A stretch of DNA of 64,000 nt from Diplonema japonicum (taxonomy: Eukaryota > Protista > Euglenozoa: Diplonemea). Under the pieces are notes generated by a model. The model made no database searches. It saw only the letters and a program-made list of their open reading frames with translations, and was not told where the DNA came from. Numbering within the stretch: the first letter of the stretch is position 1; each line of letters starts with the position of its first letter. The stretch covers positions 434,001-498,000 of the forward strand of contig OZ025701.1 of assembly GCA_964019335.1 (NCBI GenBank), given 5' to 3'. This document shows positions 1 to 11,441 of this stretch, piece after piece. The translations under genes were made by a program, and so were the position numbers.

Positions 1-1195
1 CCTTGATGTCGACGTTGCCGATGTTGTTGACGTACACCCCAACACCCACGAGGCGCACGGTGCCGCCTTTCGTAGGCAAGCAGACTGCTGAGGCGTTGTG
101 CAGACTGGGGTTCGATGTCCCGTGCACCATGCACTTATGGTCATCACGTAGTTCTGTAGATCCGATCGCAAGGTCCGCTGCTGTAACCTGCGTTTCAATG
201 TCCTTCACGACTTGCAGCACGCTCCGCCCGTCGCTGCAACCGCTGTACATCACCTCGGACACCACGCTGCTTGTTTTGTTGTCATCCGCCCACGGTGCCG
301 TCCAGGACGAGTTGTCGACGAGCGTCTTCGTGGGGTTCACGAGCACTGTGTTGAAGATGGACTTCCAGTCCACCTGCGGGCGAGCAAGGAGCGACGCCCC
401 TGTGTAGTTCACAGCACCTGCGCGTATCCCCGCAACAGTCGACACAGTGTAGTGGATCTCCTCCCGCTTCTTGACGCAGTCAAGGACGGCGTTGTTGTAC
501 ACCCCTAGAGACGTGTAGATGACGTCCGTGTTGGACTTCAGGAGGTCGTTGCAGTAGGTGGTGAGCCGGTCCCATACTGTCTGGTTGACGCTAGTGTCGA
601 CAGTGTGCCGCATGTCGATGGCGGTGAGTGTAGTGCATGTCCCGGGGCTCACGTCATGTACGGCTTGCAAGAAGGCGTAGTCCCTCACGGAGGGAGGGGA
701 CTTGACGAGCATCGCGATCTTCTTCCCTACTCTTGCCGACTGCAGCCCCGCCATGACCCCCGTGAGGTACGAGCCCTTGACGGCTGACAGGGTTACCACC
801 TTTGTGTTAGATGAGAGGTTCGTCATCACGTTTGCCTCCCCTAGCGTGAAAGTCACAAACCAGCTGTCCACCTGCGTTGTTAAGGATTCGTCGAACGTGG
901 TCTCAAGGCCCACCACGATGTCCACCCCGTGCTCTTGTAAGTACCGCTGCACTTGCTCTTTCATCGCCTGATCGTTCCACACCGTTTCGGTCGGCTCCTC
1001 TCCGGCCTTCACCTTCGGGTTCAGAAAATTGAACTTGACATCCTCTGTATCCTGCGCCTTGCTGTCCCTTTCTATGGCTTTTACGCTTTCTTTAATATTA
1101 CTACTGAAGTACCACCCGAGCTGCTCTGGCGTTTTAGAAACCAGGAGGATGTCAAGCACCGCCGTCACAAGGGCGGCGAGGAGGATGGGCACCAT
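1..1195 (-). CDS. Partial gene (3' end outside window): signal peptide + BMP/periplasmic-binding-protein-like domain + probable start of a pentameric ligand-gated ion channel extracellular domain
   Basis: Absent from the ORF track because there is no stop in the window. The frame is open from ATG 1195 (MVPILLAALVTAVLDILLV) to base 2. It includes GSYLTGVMAGLQSARVGKKIAML and DVIYTSLG (BMP-like) and ends TVRLVGVGVYVNNIGNVDIK (pLGIC beta1/beta2-like). Confidence 0.7.
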   Translation of the reverse strand, partial: MVPILLAALVTAVLDILLVSKTPEQLGWYFSSNIKESVKAIERDSKAQDTEDVKFNFLNPKVKAGEEPTETVWNDQAMKEQVQRYLQEHGVDIVVGLETTFDESLTTQVDSWFVTFTLGEANVMTNLSSNTKVVTLSAVKGSYLTGVMAGLQSARVGKKIAMLVKSPPSVRDYAFLQAVHDVSPGTCTTLTAIDMRHTVDTSVNQTVWDRLTTYCNDLLKSNTDVIYTSLGVYNNAVLDCVKKREEIHYTVSTVAGIRAGAVNYTGASLLARPQVDWKSIFNTVLVNPTKTLVDNSSWTAPWADDNKTSSVVSEVMYSGCSDGRSVLQVVKDIETQVTAADLAIGSTELRDDHKCMVHGTSNPSLHNASAVCLPTKGGTVRLVGVGVYVNNIGNVDIK

Positions 1196-1239
1196 AGGAC
1201 CCTTACACCACTAGGATGGTTTGATGAAGGGTAATACGG

Positions 1240-1272
<33 letters not shown>

Positions 1273-1282
1273 CAATAGGCAT

Positions 1283-2011
1283 TCAGAGCATATGTCGAAA
1301 CGTGAGGGAGACCCTGTCCCCTGTGCGGAGGCAAGGGGTTCCTGGGGGTGCATTGATGCAGTCAGAGGGGATGGTGTCGGTGTCGGGGAGGATCTCGTGG
1401 GTGTGTTGAGAATAAATGTCGTCAGAAAACACGACGAGAGTGCGAGGTTGCAGAAGCACAGAGAAGGAAGAGCCTTGGCAGCCCATCCTAGGAGCAAGAC
1501 GGAAAAACGCGGGCTGCAACAAGGAAAGGGTAACAGTGCACGGGACATAGGCAGGGCCATCTGTGTGTGGGAGAATCCCACCACCAGGAGGGTACTTATT
1601 TATCAGAACGTGATTGCAAGAAGCCGCCCCCCATGCCTCTGCACCTTTAAAAGCAGCCATGAGTCCGTCGAGCCAGGAGGGGAGTCCATCCGATGTGAAT
1701 TCCATTACCATTCTCCCTTTCAACTCCACCCATTTTCCTTGAGTTCCACAATGATCTACGTATTTTGCTAGCTCCTCCTCACCTGCTGCACTTACTGCAT
1801 TCTCGATGACCCAGAGGTTATTCTCGGGTCCTATTTTACACCGTTCTTGCCATCCTTTGGGCAGTGTCACTCCAACAGGGAGGCCTTGCCTGTGTGTTAC
1901 ACGTGCCGGGTTTTCGTTTTTTTTTTCTTCAGTTCTTTCGTGTTCTCCCTCTGTGTTATTATCCATGTTGTCAAGTGCTTCCCGCAGCAAGACGGCCATA
2001 TCAATTGCCAT
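1283..2011 (-). CDS. ALKBH6: AlkB-family 2OG-Fe(II) dioxygenase, ALKBH6-like
   Basis: NHVLINKYPPGGGILPHTDGPAY (HxD), HTHEI and RVSLTFR motifs. Start placed at ATG 2011; the upstream poly-K in the track is a non-coding A-run. Confidence 0.85.
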   Translation of the reverse strand: MAIDMAVLLREALDNMDNNTEGEHERTEEKKNENPARVTHRQGLPVGVTLPKGWQERCKIGPENNLWVIENAVSAAGEEELAKYVDHCGTQGKWVELKGRMVMEFTSDGLPSWLDGLMAAFKGAEAWGAASCNHVLINKYPPGGGILPHTDGPAYVPCTVTLSLLQPAFFRLAPRMGCQGSSFSVLLQPRTLVVFSDDIYSQHTHEILPDTDTIPSDCINAPPGTPCLRTGDRVSLTFRHML

Positions 2012-2012
2012 T

Positions 2013-2048
<36 letters not shown>

Positions 2049-2507
2049 TTGTAGTACCTATTCACCCCTCCTCCTTTTTCTTAATGACGCTTAGGGAGAA
2101 ACAGAAAAAGGAGAAGGGGGAAAAAAAAAAAAGGAGGGGATTTTTTTTTCATTTTATATTCCTCCACTGTTATAGACTCATAACGCCAGCCTCGGCATTG
2201 TGAGGGGTGTGTGTGAATGTGTGTGTGTGTGTGTTTCTTTTCTTTTCTTTTTTTTTTATCCCCAATGGGGAATGGAGGTGGTAAATCCATAAGGTCAAAA
2301 ATAGTAACTTAGTAAGTGGGAGAGAAAAAAAAAAAAAAAAAAGGAGGGGAGGGGAGGGAGGGGAGAGCTCCTCGGCTTTTACTTAAAAAAGGAATTGGAG
2401 GTTTCCCCGGTCCCATGGCTTGTATGTCCACTGTCGGAGCCAGTCCTGGCAGAAAATAAAAAAAGTAATCTTCTTCTCTCTTTTCCTTTTTTTTTTTTTT
2501 TTTTTAA

Positions 2508-3450
2508 CCCATAAAGGACCGGAGCTGAATATTCAAACTTTTTTTTAATTCTGCTAAGGCATTTTTAGTGCTCTGCATGCCCACTCTTTAAAGATATGTC
2601 GCCCGTAAATTTTTGTATCCAAACTGCAAGGGGAGAAAAAAAATAGTGGCACAGACATTGTTTTTTTTACACCCCACAAGGAGTTGTACCGAAAGTACTT
2701 CTGAAGAATGGTCAGTGCCACCGGATGATGGGGATATCCCGGATATGGAATGGGATGACAAAATCGAGAAGGTGGGGAGGAAAATATTTCGCAAGGTACC
2801 AGGTCCAAGTGTACCAGTAGTGGGTCTCAACGGGCTGGAGGTTTTTCCTTTGTTTTTGATAGGGCGCCCCTCCAGCAGGGGGTTTGTCCTGTACTTTGAG
2901 TTGTTTTTCACTCCTGCGGCTCTAAAAGGCTATCGTGGGGTGGGCAGCAAGCCATTCGAGTGGTATAGAGGCCTTTGGATACTTACAGGGCTCATAATCA
3001 AGACAGATATCAAGGTCTACTGGGCACAGGACGAACTCACAGATACCCCATATTCACAATATTTCAGAACGGTAATGGAAAGAAACAGGCTCCTAAGAAT
3101 AATGCGCCAAATGCGGTTTGGGTTGCCCCCTGGTGGAGGAGAAGGAGACAGAATGGCTAAAGGGCGCAATCTTATAAATCTTGTGGTTCCTTCTTGGTCA
3201 TCCCTGTATGTACCCAAGCGAAACCTTGCACTGTGCCCTTTGCAAGAGTTGTTTCTCTCAAATGCTGCTCTACCACCAAAGTTTGGGCGCGTCTGGGGCT
3301 GAAATGCAGGCCGCTTCGCGCTCCAGAAATGGGGTAGTGAAAAGAATATAGGTACACACCCTCTAACTCCACCCTCGCCATTTTATTTTGGTATTTGAAC
3401 GAAAAGTTCAAAATCGACTTTTTGGACGAAAAATAGCGGTCCTTTATGGG
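2508..3450 (+). mobile_element. piggyBac element, internally deleted/non-autonomous (943 bp)
   Basis: Perfect 14-bp TIRs CCCATAAAGGACCG (2508-2521, 3437-3450), flanked by TTAA at 2504-2507 and 3451-3454. Confidence 0.9.
2613..3302 (+). pseudogene. Decayed piggyBac (PGBD/DDE_Tnp_1_7) transposase fragment
   Basis: YWAQDELTDTPYSQYFRTVMERNRLLRIMRQMRF...DRMAKGRNLI matches the N-terminal piggyBac transposase pattern. The frame ends before the DDD core. Confidence 0.8.
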
Positions 3451-4621
3451 TTAAAAATATAAAAAGCCCATATTTCCCTTTTTGCTGCATCTAAGGTTCG
3501 TTTTGTTCCTTATTATTTTCTCTTCCCCCCCTCTACACCTTGTGTTGAAGACCTCTTAATGGGTCAACAAAAAAAAAGGGGGACAAGGAAGAAGCTGGGT
3601 CTTTCTTTGATAGGCGGCACTCACGATATCTAGAAAATTAGAAATTAGAGCGTTTTCACAGCTTTTTTTTTTTTGTAATTGTATATGGGGGGGGAAGAAA
3701 ACTGCAAAGAAAAAAAAGAAAAAAAGAAAAGGAAAAACCAACACGATAATCAAAATACAAGGGTACTGAGCTGAGAGCCCCCTTTGGTCGCCTGCTTGCT
3801 GGGTATAATGAAAATGAATTCATATTTCTTTTAGGCAGAAAATGAAAGTTAGACTAACTCATTGTGTTGTTGCAGTTTGGTTCCCTCCCCCCCCCCCCCC
3901 CCCCCCATCCTTTCTGTTCATCAGACTAAGTTAACTAAAACACAGTGATTCTGGAAAAAAAAAGAAGTTATTATTATTGGCGCTTGATGTGTGCGCACTA
4001 GCACCTTTTACCCACTAATCACAAAAAAAGGGGGGGGGAGAGAGAGGACAAAATAAACTCAAAGTACAGGACAAGCCCCCCGCTAGAGGGCCGCCCTATG
4101 GGAGGGGGGCCTATCTGTTAATACTCCCCTTCTGGAGCATAAATAAATAAAACGGACGATTAAGAAGGAAAAGAATTCTTCGTGGTTTGAGGGGGGGGGG
4201 GGGGGGGGTAGAGGACCAAAAAAAAAAGAAGTCGAATCGGAGAAGGCATTATTGGATTTTTTTTTTTAAAGCACCTATCACACATAGAAAACCAAGTTAC
4301 AAGTGGATACTTACTTAAAAGACAGTTAATGCCAGATAATGCCCAATAATCCGAATCAGATGAACTCAAGCAGGAGGACCATCCTTCCTCCTCTACATTT
4401 TGTTCTCTTTTTTTTCTTAAGAGGGGGGGGGGGGGGGGGGGGGGGAGGACCACCCACACGGGGAGGGGGGATTTTGACAAGGAGAAGGAATAGAAACAAA
4501 ACTAACCCCGTAACACATAAAAAGAAAACTTTCTTTCTTTTCACACGTTGGAAAGTCATACAACAAAAAATCTGGCTCAAAAAAAAAATGATATCTTCTT
4601 TTGGGTCCCCCCTTCCCATCC

Positions 4622-6656
4622 TTAAGACCCACTTGCAAAAGTAAACGTGATTTTAAAGTCACTCGGATAATTTTTCATCGCCTTGTTTTTATGAGGCCCG
4701 TCTGTCGTTTCCCTAGTGAAGACGAGAGGCTTGCTAGGGTCAATCATCGAAGTATGAAACCAGAGCCACCAAGTGGATTTCGAGATACTCACCGGGACCG
4801 TCCTATCACCGAAAAACCAATGAAATCTTACGTCTCCTTTTTTTTTCTTTTTTTTTTCCCCTCTCTTTTTTTCCCCCCATACCACACAGAACTTCAGCAT
4901 TCGACACGTCATAGGTAACAGCCAGCGGGTAAGAAGGCTGTTTTTGATCGATCTCGTGCTTCATAAAGTACTCTTTTGGTTTGTACAGCCCCGGATCCTT
5001 GTGAGGATAGTGTGCTGTGAGCAAATACTTATTATCCGGCTCGGGAGGCACCAACACACGCTTTTTCTTTTTTTTCGGTGAAGAGGAAGAGCTTGGGCTT
5101 CCCGGGTTTGCATCTCCATGAAAGCCTCTTGACGGGCAGGAGTGCCACAACACCTCTGCCTTCGATCCGTTGAGCCCTACTGCCCAGAGTTGTGATGGTT
5201 CGATAGAGACGAACCCAGGCAGAGGGGTAATGGAGATGCTGCTGAGCCGGAGTCTTACTGTTGGGACCTGTTTGCCCATTCTGACGTAACGTTCAAAGTA
5301 CCTTACGTATCTTGCTTGGGATGGTGACTCCACACCGGAGAAGCCACTGTCTGCGCGTGCTTTTGCGAAAATGTCCATCGCCTTCTCCGCATTCGCCGCC
5401 CTTCCTGAGTACAGTAAATAACAACAGATGCACATCCCTGTTCTCCCCTTCCCCGCCTTGCAGTGGACGACTATTACGTTCTTCACGTCCGTTGTGTGCC
5501 ACGCCGACGCTGCCTTGCAGAAGCCCTCGATGACGCTGAGGTCCGCTGCGTTGTGGTCGTCTATAAGGATGTGCTGCACGCTGCCGTTGAAGGGCGCTGT
5601 GTCGTAGCCTCGCTCCTTGCAAAGGTTGAAAACCTTGTAACTTGCGGTGTGGTGCTCGTCGAGGAAAGCAGAGACTGTGTGGATGCTGTTGCGGTAGAAC
5701 TGTTCGATGCCTGTCCCAGGCCACGACATCGCAATGATCCGCGGGGTGACGTACGCCAGGTCCAGGTTGTAGTGCGAAGAAACGTGCCTCCGCCGCGACC
5801 CCGACACACTTGACCTTGCCACATTCTTGGACCCTACTGCTATCTCAAAGCATGCCACGCACAGCCTTACAAACCGGCAGAACCTCAATACCCTGAACAC
5901 GCCCAACAGGAACGGCGCGACACTCTTGAGCCCCACACCGATGTCGTCCATCAAAGTCAGCGCTTCCAGCACCACACAGGCTGTGATGATAACTAGCTCG
6001 ATGGTGTTGATCCTCGCATGCCGTCCCCTGAAGAACACCTCCCACCCTGACGACCACGCCCGTAGTATGATCTCTATCAAGAACAGCACTGAGTCTGTCA
6101 GCGTTACCACGTGTAGCGCGGTAGCCACGTCGTCCCTGTCCGTGCTCTCTGCCCAGTACGTCACTGCTAGCATCGTCAGGTCAGCCACGATGAGGAGTGC
6201 TAGCGCCACCTGGAACTGCACGGTGTTGAGCACTCTCTGTATCCGTTCTTTCCGGGTGCTCTGCTTATCAGACTGCAAGGCGAGTGGCGGGTCCACCAAA
6301 ATCTCATCCTGGTCAACCACTGGGTGCTCTTTATGGTGCACAACAAGGGGATTGGGGTTTGGGTCGGGCTTCCGCTCAGAGGTGGGATGGTGGACCATGT
6401 CCTGAACGAGGCTTGACGGGACGGCCTGGCCTCTTCCACGTCCCCTCCCGCGACCCCTGCCACGACCAGGGGAAACTTGGCCAGGGGGCGGTTGTCTCAT
6501 TGGTGTCAGCAACCCGCTGCCTACAGGTAGCGTGCGGGGGGTTAGTGTGCCAGAGGACCCTGGGCTCAGGAAGGGAATCGCCATCGACCGATTACTTTCA
6601 TCCCACGTCCCTACCGAAGGGCTGTCCATAGCTGTGTTCGCGGTATCATTCATCAT
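4622..6656 (-). CDS. Voltage-sensing phosphoinositide phosphatase (VSP/TPTE-like: S1-S4 + PTEN phosphatase + C2), ~662 aa, 1 intron (4837-4882)
   Basis: Four TM helices with S4 FRVLRFCRFVRL, plus LDLAYVTPRIIAMS and HCKAGKGRTG. Removing the intron gives the C2 tail LCGDVRFHWF...WFHT, with stop at 4622. Confidence 0.9.
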
Positions 6657-6961
6657 AGGCGGTGCTAGTCAGCCTTTGTTTGGCTGGCCGTGTCATCTCC
6701 ACCCGCCGTGCCCTGTGGTGGGATTGGGTTAATCGGCAACAAATTATAGATAATAAGAACAAAAGAATCACTATGGGAGAAGTGCTAGCAACGACCTTAA
6801 AAAAAAAAGTCGATAAAGTTTCTGTGTGCATGGTGTTCAAAAAGAAATTCACAAGAGAAAGCACCCCTTTTACTGGCACCTTTGATTGTAAGCCGAAACG
6901 GTGCTACATAGTTAAAGGCCCGCTTTTCCAGAGACCGAGAAAAAAGAAAGAATTAGAACAT

Positions 6962-9592
6962 CTAGAAAGACGCTCTTCGCTTCAGACACCCCTCCAACGC
7001 TGCCACCTTTCTGTAGTACTCAAGCACTTGAATTTTCGTGGGGGCTTTCATCAACATCTGTGAGCTATCCTGCAACACATCGAGCATCTGTGTCTCGAGC
7101 AGACGGTGCCGGGACACTGTCAGAGTGTGAACCGCAAATAAACTAGCCAGGAGGAGACCAAGTGTCACCAAGGGGTATATCACACTCCAATTTCGGTGTA
7201 TCGTGAGGGGTCGGTGAAGTGCTTTGTATTCATAAGGCGTGAGGGGATCTTGGTACCCCCGCGAGGCCACGAACGTGCTCATCTCGTACCGCAACGCTGG
7301 GTCAGCAGCTTCGTAGTACCCGAAAGGAATGACCCTCATGTCGCTGACAGCCGACGGTGCCACGCGGTGTGCCGACCATAACAGGAACGGCAACGGGGCT
7401 AGGAAGACATGGGACGGGGCTTCACCCGACGATGGGTCATGCAAAGATGCATCTGGCGCTGGCAGGTCTGGCGGCTGCGGCCTGGCATACTGCGAAACCA
7501 CAAACACTGCTGACAAGAATGCACCAGACAGCAACCATACACGGAGTACGTGTCTGGGATAGATGTAGACAAACCACCCGCAGATGGTTAGGGTGAATAA
7601 GTACCCAGTCAGGAACAGGGCCATCATGTCTTTCGTCAGGATAGCGTTTTCACGGTCTTTGCCCGCTGAGATGCCCAGCATTGTGAGGTGCACAGGAGCC
7701 GTGCTGTTCCACTCAGACCGCATGCACCCTATTGTCACGTCATGCTCGCCGCTCTCTGATAACCGCCACTCCCTTCCTGACGACGCTGCGAACTCTGCAA
7801 TCCCAACGAGAGCCGACCCCTTCCACCCGTCATCATAAAAAGCAAATGGAGGGCAGCTGGACATCCCAACCACTAACCCGCCTTTAGGCGGCTCGCCCCG
7901 ACAGACACACGGTGCTTGGTGGCTGCATATGCCACCACTCAAGACTGGTTGTTGAGTATCCTGCTTGTACACACATTCAGGTGACGGCGTATCGACTGGC
8001 TGGGCAGCCACGTCAGATACTGTCAGGTTCATGAGCAGGGCGGCTCGCAGGCATACATCTGGATCTATGATGGGGTCCATGCACCTGCCACTTACCCTGA
8101 GATGGTACACCTCGTTGTCTAGCAGTTCAAAGACGGGTACCCCCTTGCAGGTACATGCTACCCTTTTGGTGCATCGCTGCCTCGAGACAGATAAGTAGTT
8201 CCACCACACAAAACTCGGTTCACTGCTGCACCCTGACGGCAGGACATGGCAGCTGTGCTCGCAAGTGACGGGCACTGCACGCGACGCATTCCCGCACTCA
8301 TGGATAGAGGTTATGACATCGCCCATCCAAGCACCACAAGTGCCAGCGACAGCGCGGAAATACATAGGGTTGCATATGGGGAGGCCGTGTGGGGCATCTA
8401 GGCTGTCCCCAGTGCACCGTACAGGCTCTGTGCTGCACGAGTAGCCTGCCGTAGGCTTCAGGTTGCACTCTCCATCTTTATCGCAACGTAGAAACCCTCC
8501 ACTCACGGCACCCTCTGACCCTGAGCAGTTCCTCACGCACTGGCCCTCTTGCCTCCACACACCACCCTCGCACACCATTTCGACACCGGTGCAGTCCTGC
8601 TCCTTCGTGACAGGCACACACCTGTCCCCGTCGCACACTAAGTCTGCCTGAACGCCTAATGATGTGTTCAGAGGATTGCACAGCAATGCACACGTGCTCC
8701 GCGATGCCAGCATCCAGTTGTCCCTTCTATTATTGTACCACCCTACAGGGCATGCCAAGCACGTGTTCTCCACAACCCGTTGGTTCACATCACAAGTCGG
8801 TGAACAAAGCAGCGGTGCTTCCTCAGTCAGTTCAGCGCCATCCTCGATCCACGGGGGACACGTGTAAAGCCCACCGCTTCCCGACCACCCTGCTGGACAT
8901 GATACCGCACAGGTCCCCACAGCAGGGAGCCTCGGACAGCTGGATGTGGCGCCGCAATGCGGCTGCCACAGTGTGTTGCCCAAGGTGCCCATTTCCCAGG
9001 TGAGGACAATCTCGTCGCGCGTTGCTTGGACGACAGTTTCACCACCGGTGGTGATGCCAGAGCAAGTGAGGGGAATGGGGCCATCGGAAGTATGGGCAAT
9101 GGAGGTGCAGTTGGGTGACACGGTGGAGAGGGAGATAAAGCTCTGCGAAATAAGTCTAGCGCAGTGGCCCCTTGGGATACGCAAAGTCCCCTTTGAGGCC
9201 GCGGTGTGAACAGAGTAGCTGCCCGTGCATTGTGAGGGTGACACCATAGGGCTACAAGTCCATGTAAAGGTGACAGATGTAAATGCGTGTTGGCTAGGTG
9301 TGGTCTGGATGATGGTGTCGCCTTCGGAGGAAGCATCAGGTACCGCGCCGCATCCCCACATGGCCTCTGCTCCAGTGGTTTTGCTGTACACCCCAACACA
9401 CCCTTGCACTGTCTTCCAAGTCACTTTTACCTCTCCTGCGCATCTGATGATCCAGCACCTCTCTACTGTCACCTTGCCCGCATAACCATCGCTACCACTG
9501 CCCCCTTCCCAGTGTCCTGCGCCGCCTGTGTCTAGGCTGTACTCCCTGCAGTTAGCCATTCCAAATACCGCCAGGTATAGCACATTGAGCAT
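6962..9592 (-). CDS. Cysteine-rich surface/membrane protein of unknown function (signal peptide, Cys-rich ectodomain, ~3 C-terminal TM segments)
   Basis: 876-aa ORF with a hydrophobic N-terminus, many Cys-spaced modules and hydrophobic segments near the C-terminus. Confidence 0.7.
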   Translation of the reverse strand: MLNVLYLAVFGMANCREYSLDTGGAGHWEGGSGSDGYAGKVTVERCWIIRCAGEVKVTWKTVQGCVGVYSKTTGAEAMWGCGAVPDASSEGDTIIQTTPSQHAFTSVTFTWTCSPMVSPSQCTGSYSVHTAASKGTLRIPRGHCARLISQSFISLSTVSPNCTSIAHTSDGPIPLTCSGITTGGETVVQATRDEIVLTWEMGTLGNTLWQPHCGATSSCPRLPAVGTCAVSCPAGWSGSGGLYTCPPWIEDGAELTEEAPLLCSPTCDVNQRVVENTCLACPVGWYNNRRDNWMLASRSTCALLCNPLNTSLGVQADLVCDGDRCVPVTKEQDCTGVEMVCEGGVWRQEGQCVRNCSGSEGAVSGGFLRCDKDGECNLKPTAGYSCSTEPVRCTGDSLDAPHGLPICNPMYFRAVAGTCGAWMGDVITSIHECGNASRAVPVTCEHSCHVLPSGCSSEPSFVWWNYLSVSRQRCTKRVACTCKGVPVFELLDNEVYHLRVSGRCMDPIIDPDVCLRAALLMNLTVSDVAAQPVDTPSPECVYKQDTQQPVLSGGICSHQAPCVCRGEPPKGGLVVGMSSCPPFAFYDDGWKGSALVGIAEFAASSGREWRLSESGEHDVTIGCMRSEWNSTAPVHLTMLGISAGKDRENAILTKDMMALFLTGYLFTLTICGWFVYIYPRHVLRVWLLSGAFLSAVFVVSQYARPQPPDLPAPDASLHDPSSGEAPSHVFLAPLPFLLWSAHRVAPSAVSDMRVIPFGYYEAADPALRYEMSTFVASRGYQDPLTPYEYKALHRPLTIHRNWSVIYPLVTLGLLLASLFAVHTLTVSRHRLLETQMLDVLQDSSQMLMKAPTKIQVLEYYRKVAALEGCLKRRASF

Positions 9593-9990
9593 TCACACCT
9601 AGATGCCAAGCGGCTGCGAGAACTGGAACAAAAAAGAAAATATCACAATAGAGAGGGAGTGTGAGGGGGGAAGGGAAACGAAAGCAAGAAATGGGCCCCT
9701 TTGTCAAAAGACACCTTTTTTCTCTTTTTTTTTCTCTTTTTTTTTTCTCTCTTTTTTTTTTAAAATGTCCAGTTTTCTTACCTGGCAACTTTTGCAGGAG
9801 GGGGAAAGAAAACATAAATGACATGCGTGCAAAACTCGTAGTTTTGTTTACAGATTAAAGATTTTTAGAACTACTCTCGGAATAGCAGGTCATATTCCCC
9901 CATATGCCCCCCCAAAGAAACCCCTAAGATATTCAAGGAAGTTTGTTTTTTTTTTTTCCGGATGATATTTTCAAAAAAAAAAAAGATTGA

Positions 9991-11169
9991 CTGTAAAACG
10001 AATAATGTCGGACGGAAAAATTCTCGGACAGAAAAACTCCCGGACACCAAAAAAACCCGGACATTTTTCCGTCCGGGAGTTTTTCTGGGAAGAAGTTTTT
10101 TTACTTAAGGGGGTAGCAGCTCCCACCACGTTTGCCTGGAAGGGCTTTATTCCTTGTGCAGACTTGTGCAGAGCCAAAATGGTACTGCGTGGCAGTTTGA
10201 ATTTTTCCCCTTTCAATGCACCAACAAACAGCACCCACGGGATCTTTTACTTCTCATAAACCCGTACTTCTTTCGTCAAATTGACCAGTTCGACTACCCA
10301 AGGCACGTTGAGCAGCTGTCTTGTGAGGGGCCCAACTTTAGTGCTGACACCCCCGGCCAGCTCACCCCCGAGAGGTGGAGGAGATAAACCCCTTACACCG
10401 GGCCGAGAAGGCCAGTACAAACCCCCGAGCAGCTTGGCGGCCTCTGCCTCCGTCAGAAGACGGCAGCAACAGAACCCCCAGTTTCTTCCAGACGGAAATA
10501 CTGGACGTTGCTATTCCACCCTACCACACCCTGGCCGCCGCGACGCCGTGATAGCAGCGTATCGCCCAATACGGGGAAAGGTTTTTGCTTGAGTCGATAG
10601 GTAAAACGGGCTTGGCGAGCTCCCAGCACAACAAATATTCACCTATGCAGAAGGGCTGCTGCGCGCCAATCCAGCCCGAAATACAGACTTGGTAGAAGGC
10701 AGGTGCTTGACCGGGGCACGGATAATCTGCCGGTTGCGTTCCCGCTTTGCCTTTGTATTTAAGTTGCGGATGCAACTCATCCAAGGAAACAGCCAGCTGT
10801 TCGGTTATAGCCCGTTTTGTCCCCCAAGCCACGGACTTTTACGACCTTAGCACCCCTTTTCGTTTTAGTTTTTAACCCCGATGGATATTGGGTTGAACGC
10901 AGCTGTAAAGCATCTATTAAGAAAGGTAGTAGGCCACACGAAGGCTCGACAAGCTGATTGCCTCAGGGCAGCAAGGGAGGACAAAGATGCAGAAAGGGAA
11001 CCCTGGGGGTTTCCTCGCGCGGTTGCCGTTTGCAGCCCAGGCCAGTATGTAGGTGGTAGTGGACCAGGCCCCCTGACGGCCTTACCTAAAAAAAATTCCC
11101 GGACGGAAAAATTCCCGGACGCCAAAAAAACTCGGACATTTTTCCGTCCGGGAGTTTTTCGTTTTACAG
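9991..11169. mobile_element. Non-autonomous TIR DNA transposon, probably Tc1/mariner superfamily (pogo/Tc2-like ends)
   Basis: TIR CTGTAAAACGAA at 9991-10002 and 11158-11169, extending imperfectly to ~33 bp. TA on the right flank, GA on the left. Near-identical palindromic ~55-bp subterminal blocks at 10031-10084 and 11106-11160. Confidence 0.75.
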
Positions 11170-11441
11170 TATTTTTGGCTACAACTGATGCCCCCCCCCC
11201 CCCCCCCCCCCCCCCTCATTCTTTGCAACTTGTAAAAGTTACAATTGACAGCAGAAGAAAAAAAAAACATGAGGCGCGTCAAAGCTTGGGGGAGGTATTT
11301 CATAAAATGTCATTAAAGATAGTACATTTTAAATATAAAAGTGGCTTGGGGCTTAACTTTCTCCCCCCCCCCCCCCCCCAGAACGCACATCCTGAGCCCC
11401 CCTCTCAGACGGATATGCCTCCCCAACATTGCCGCCCTTCA

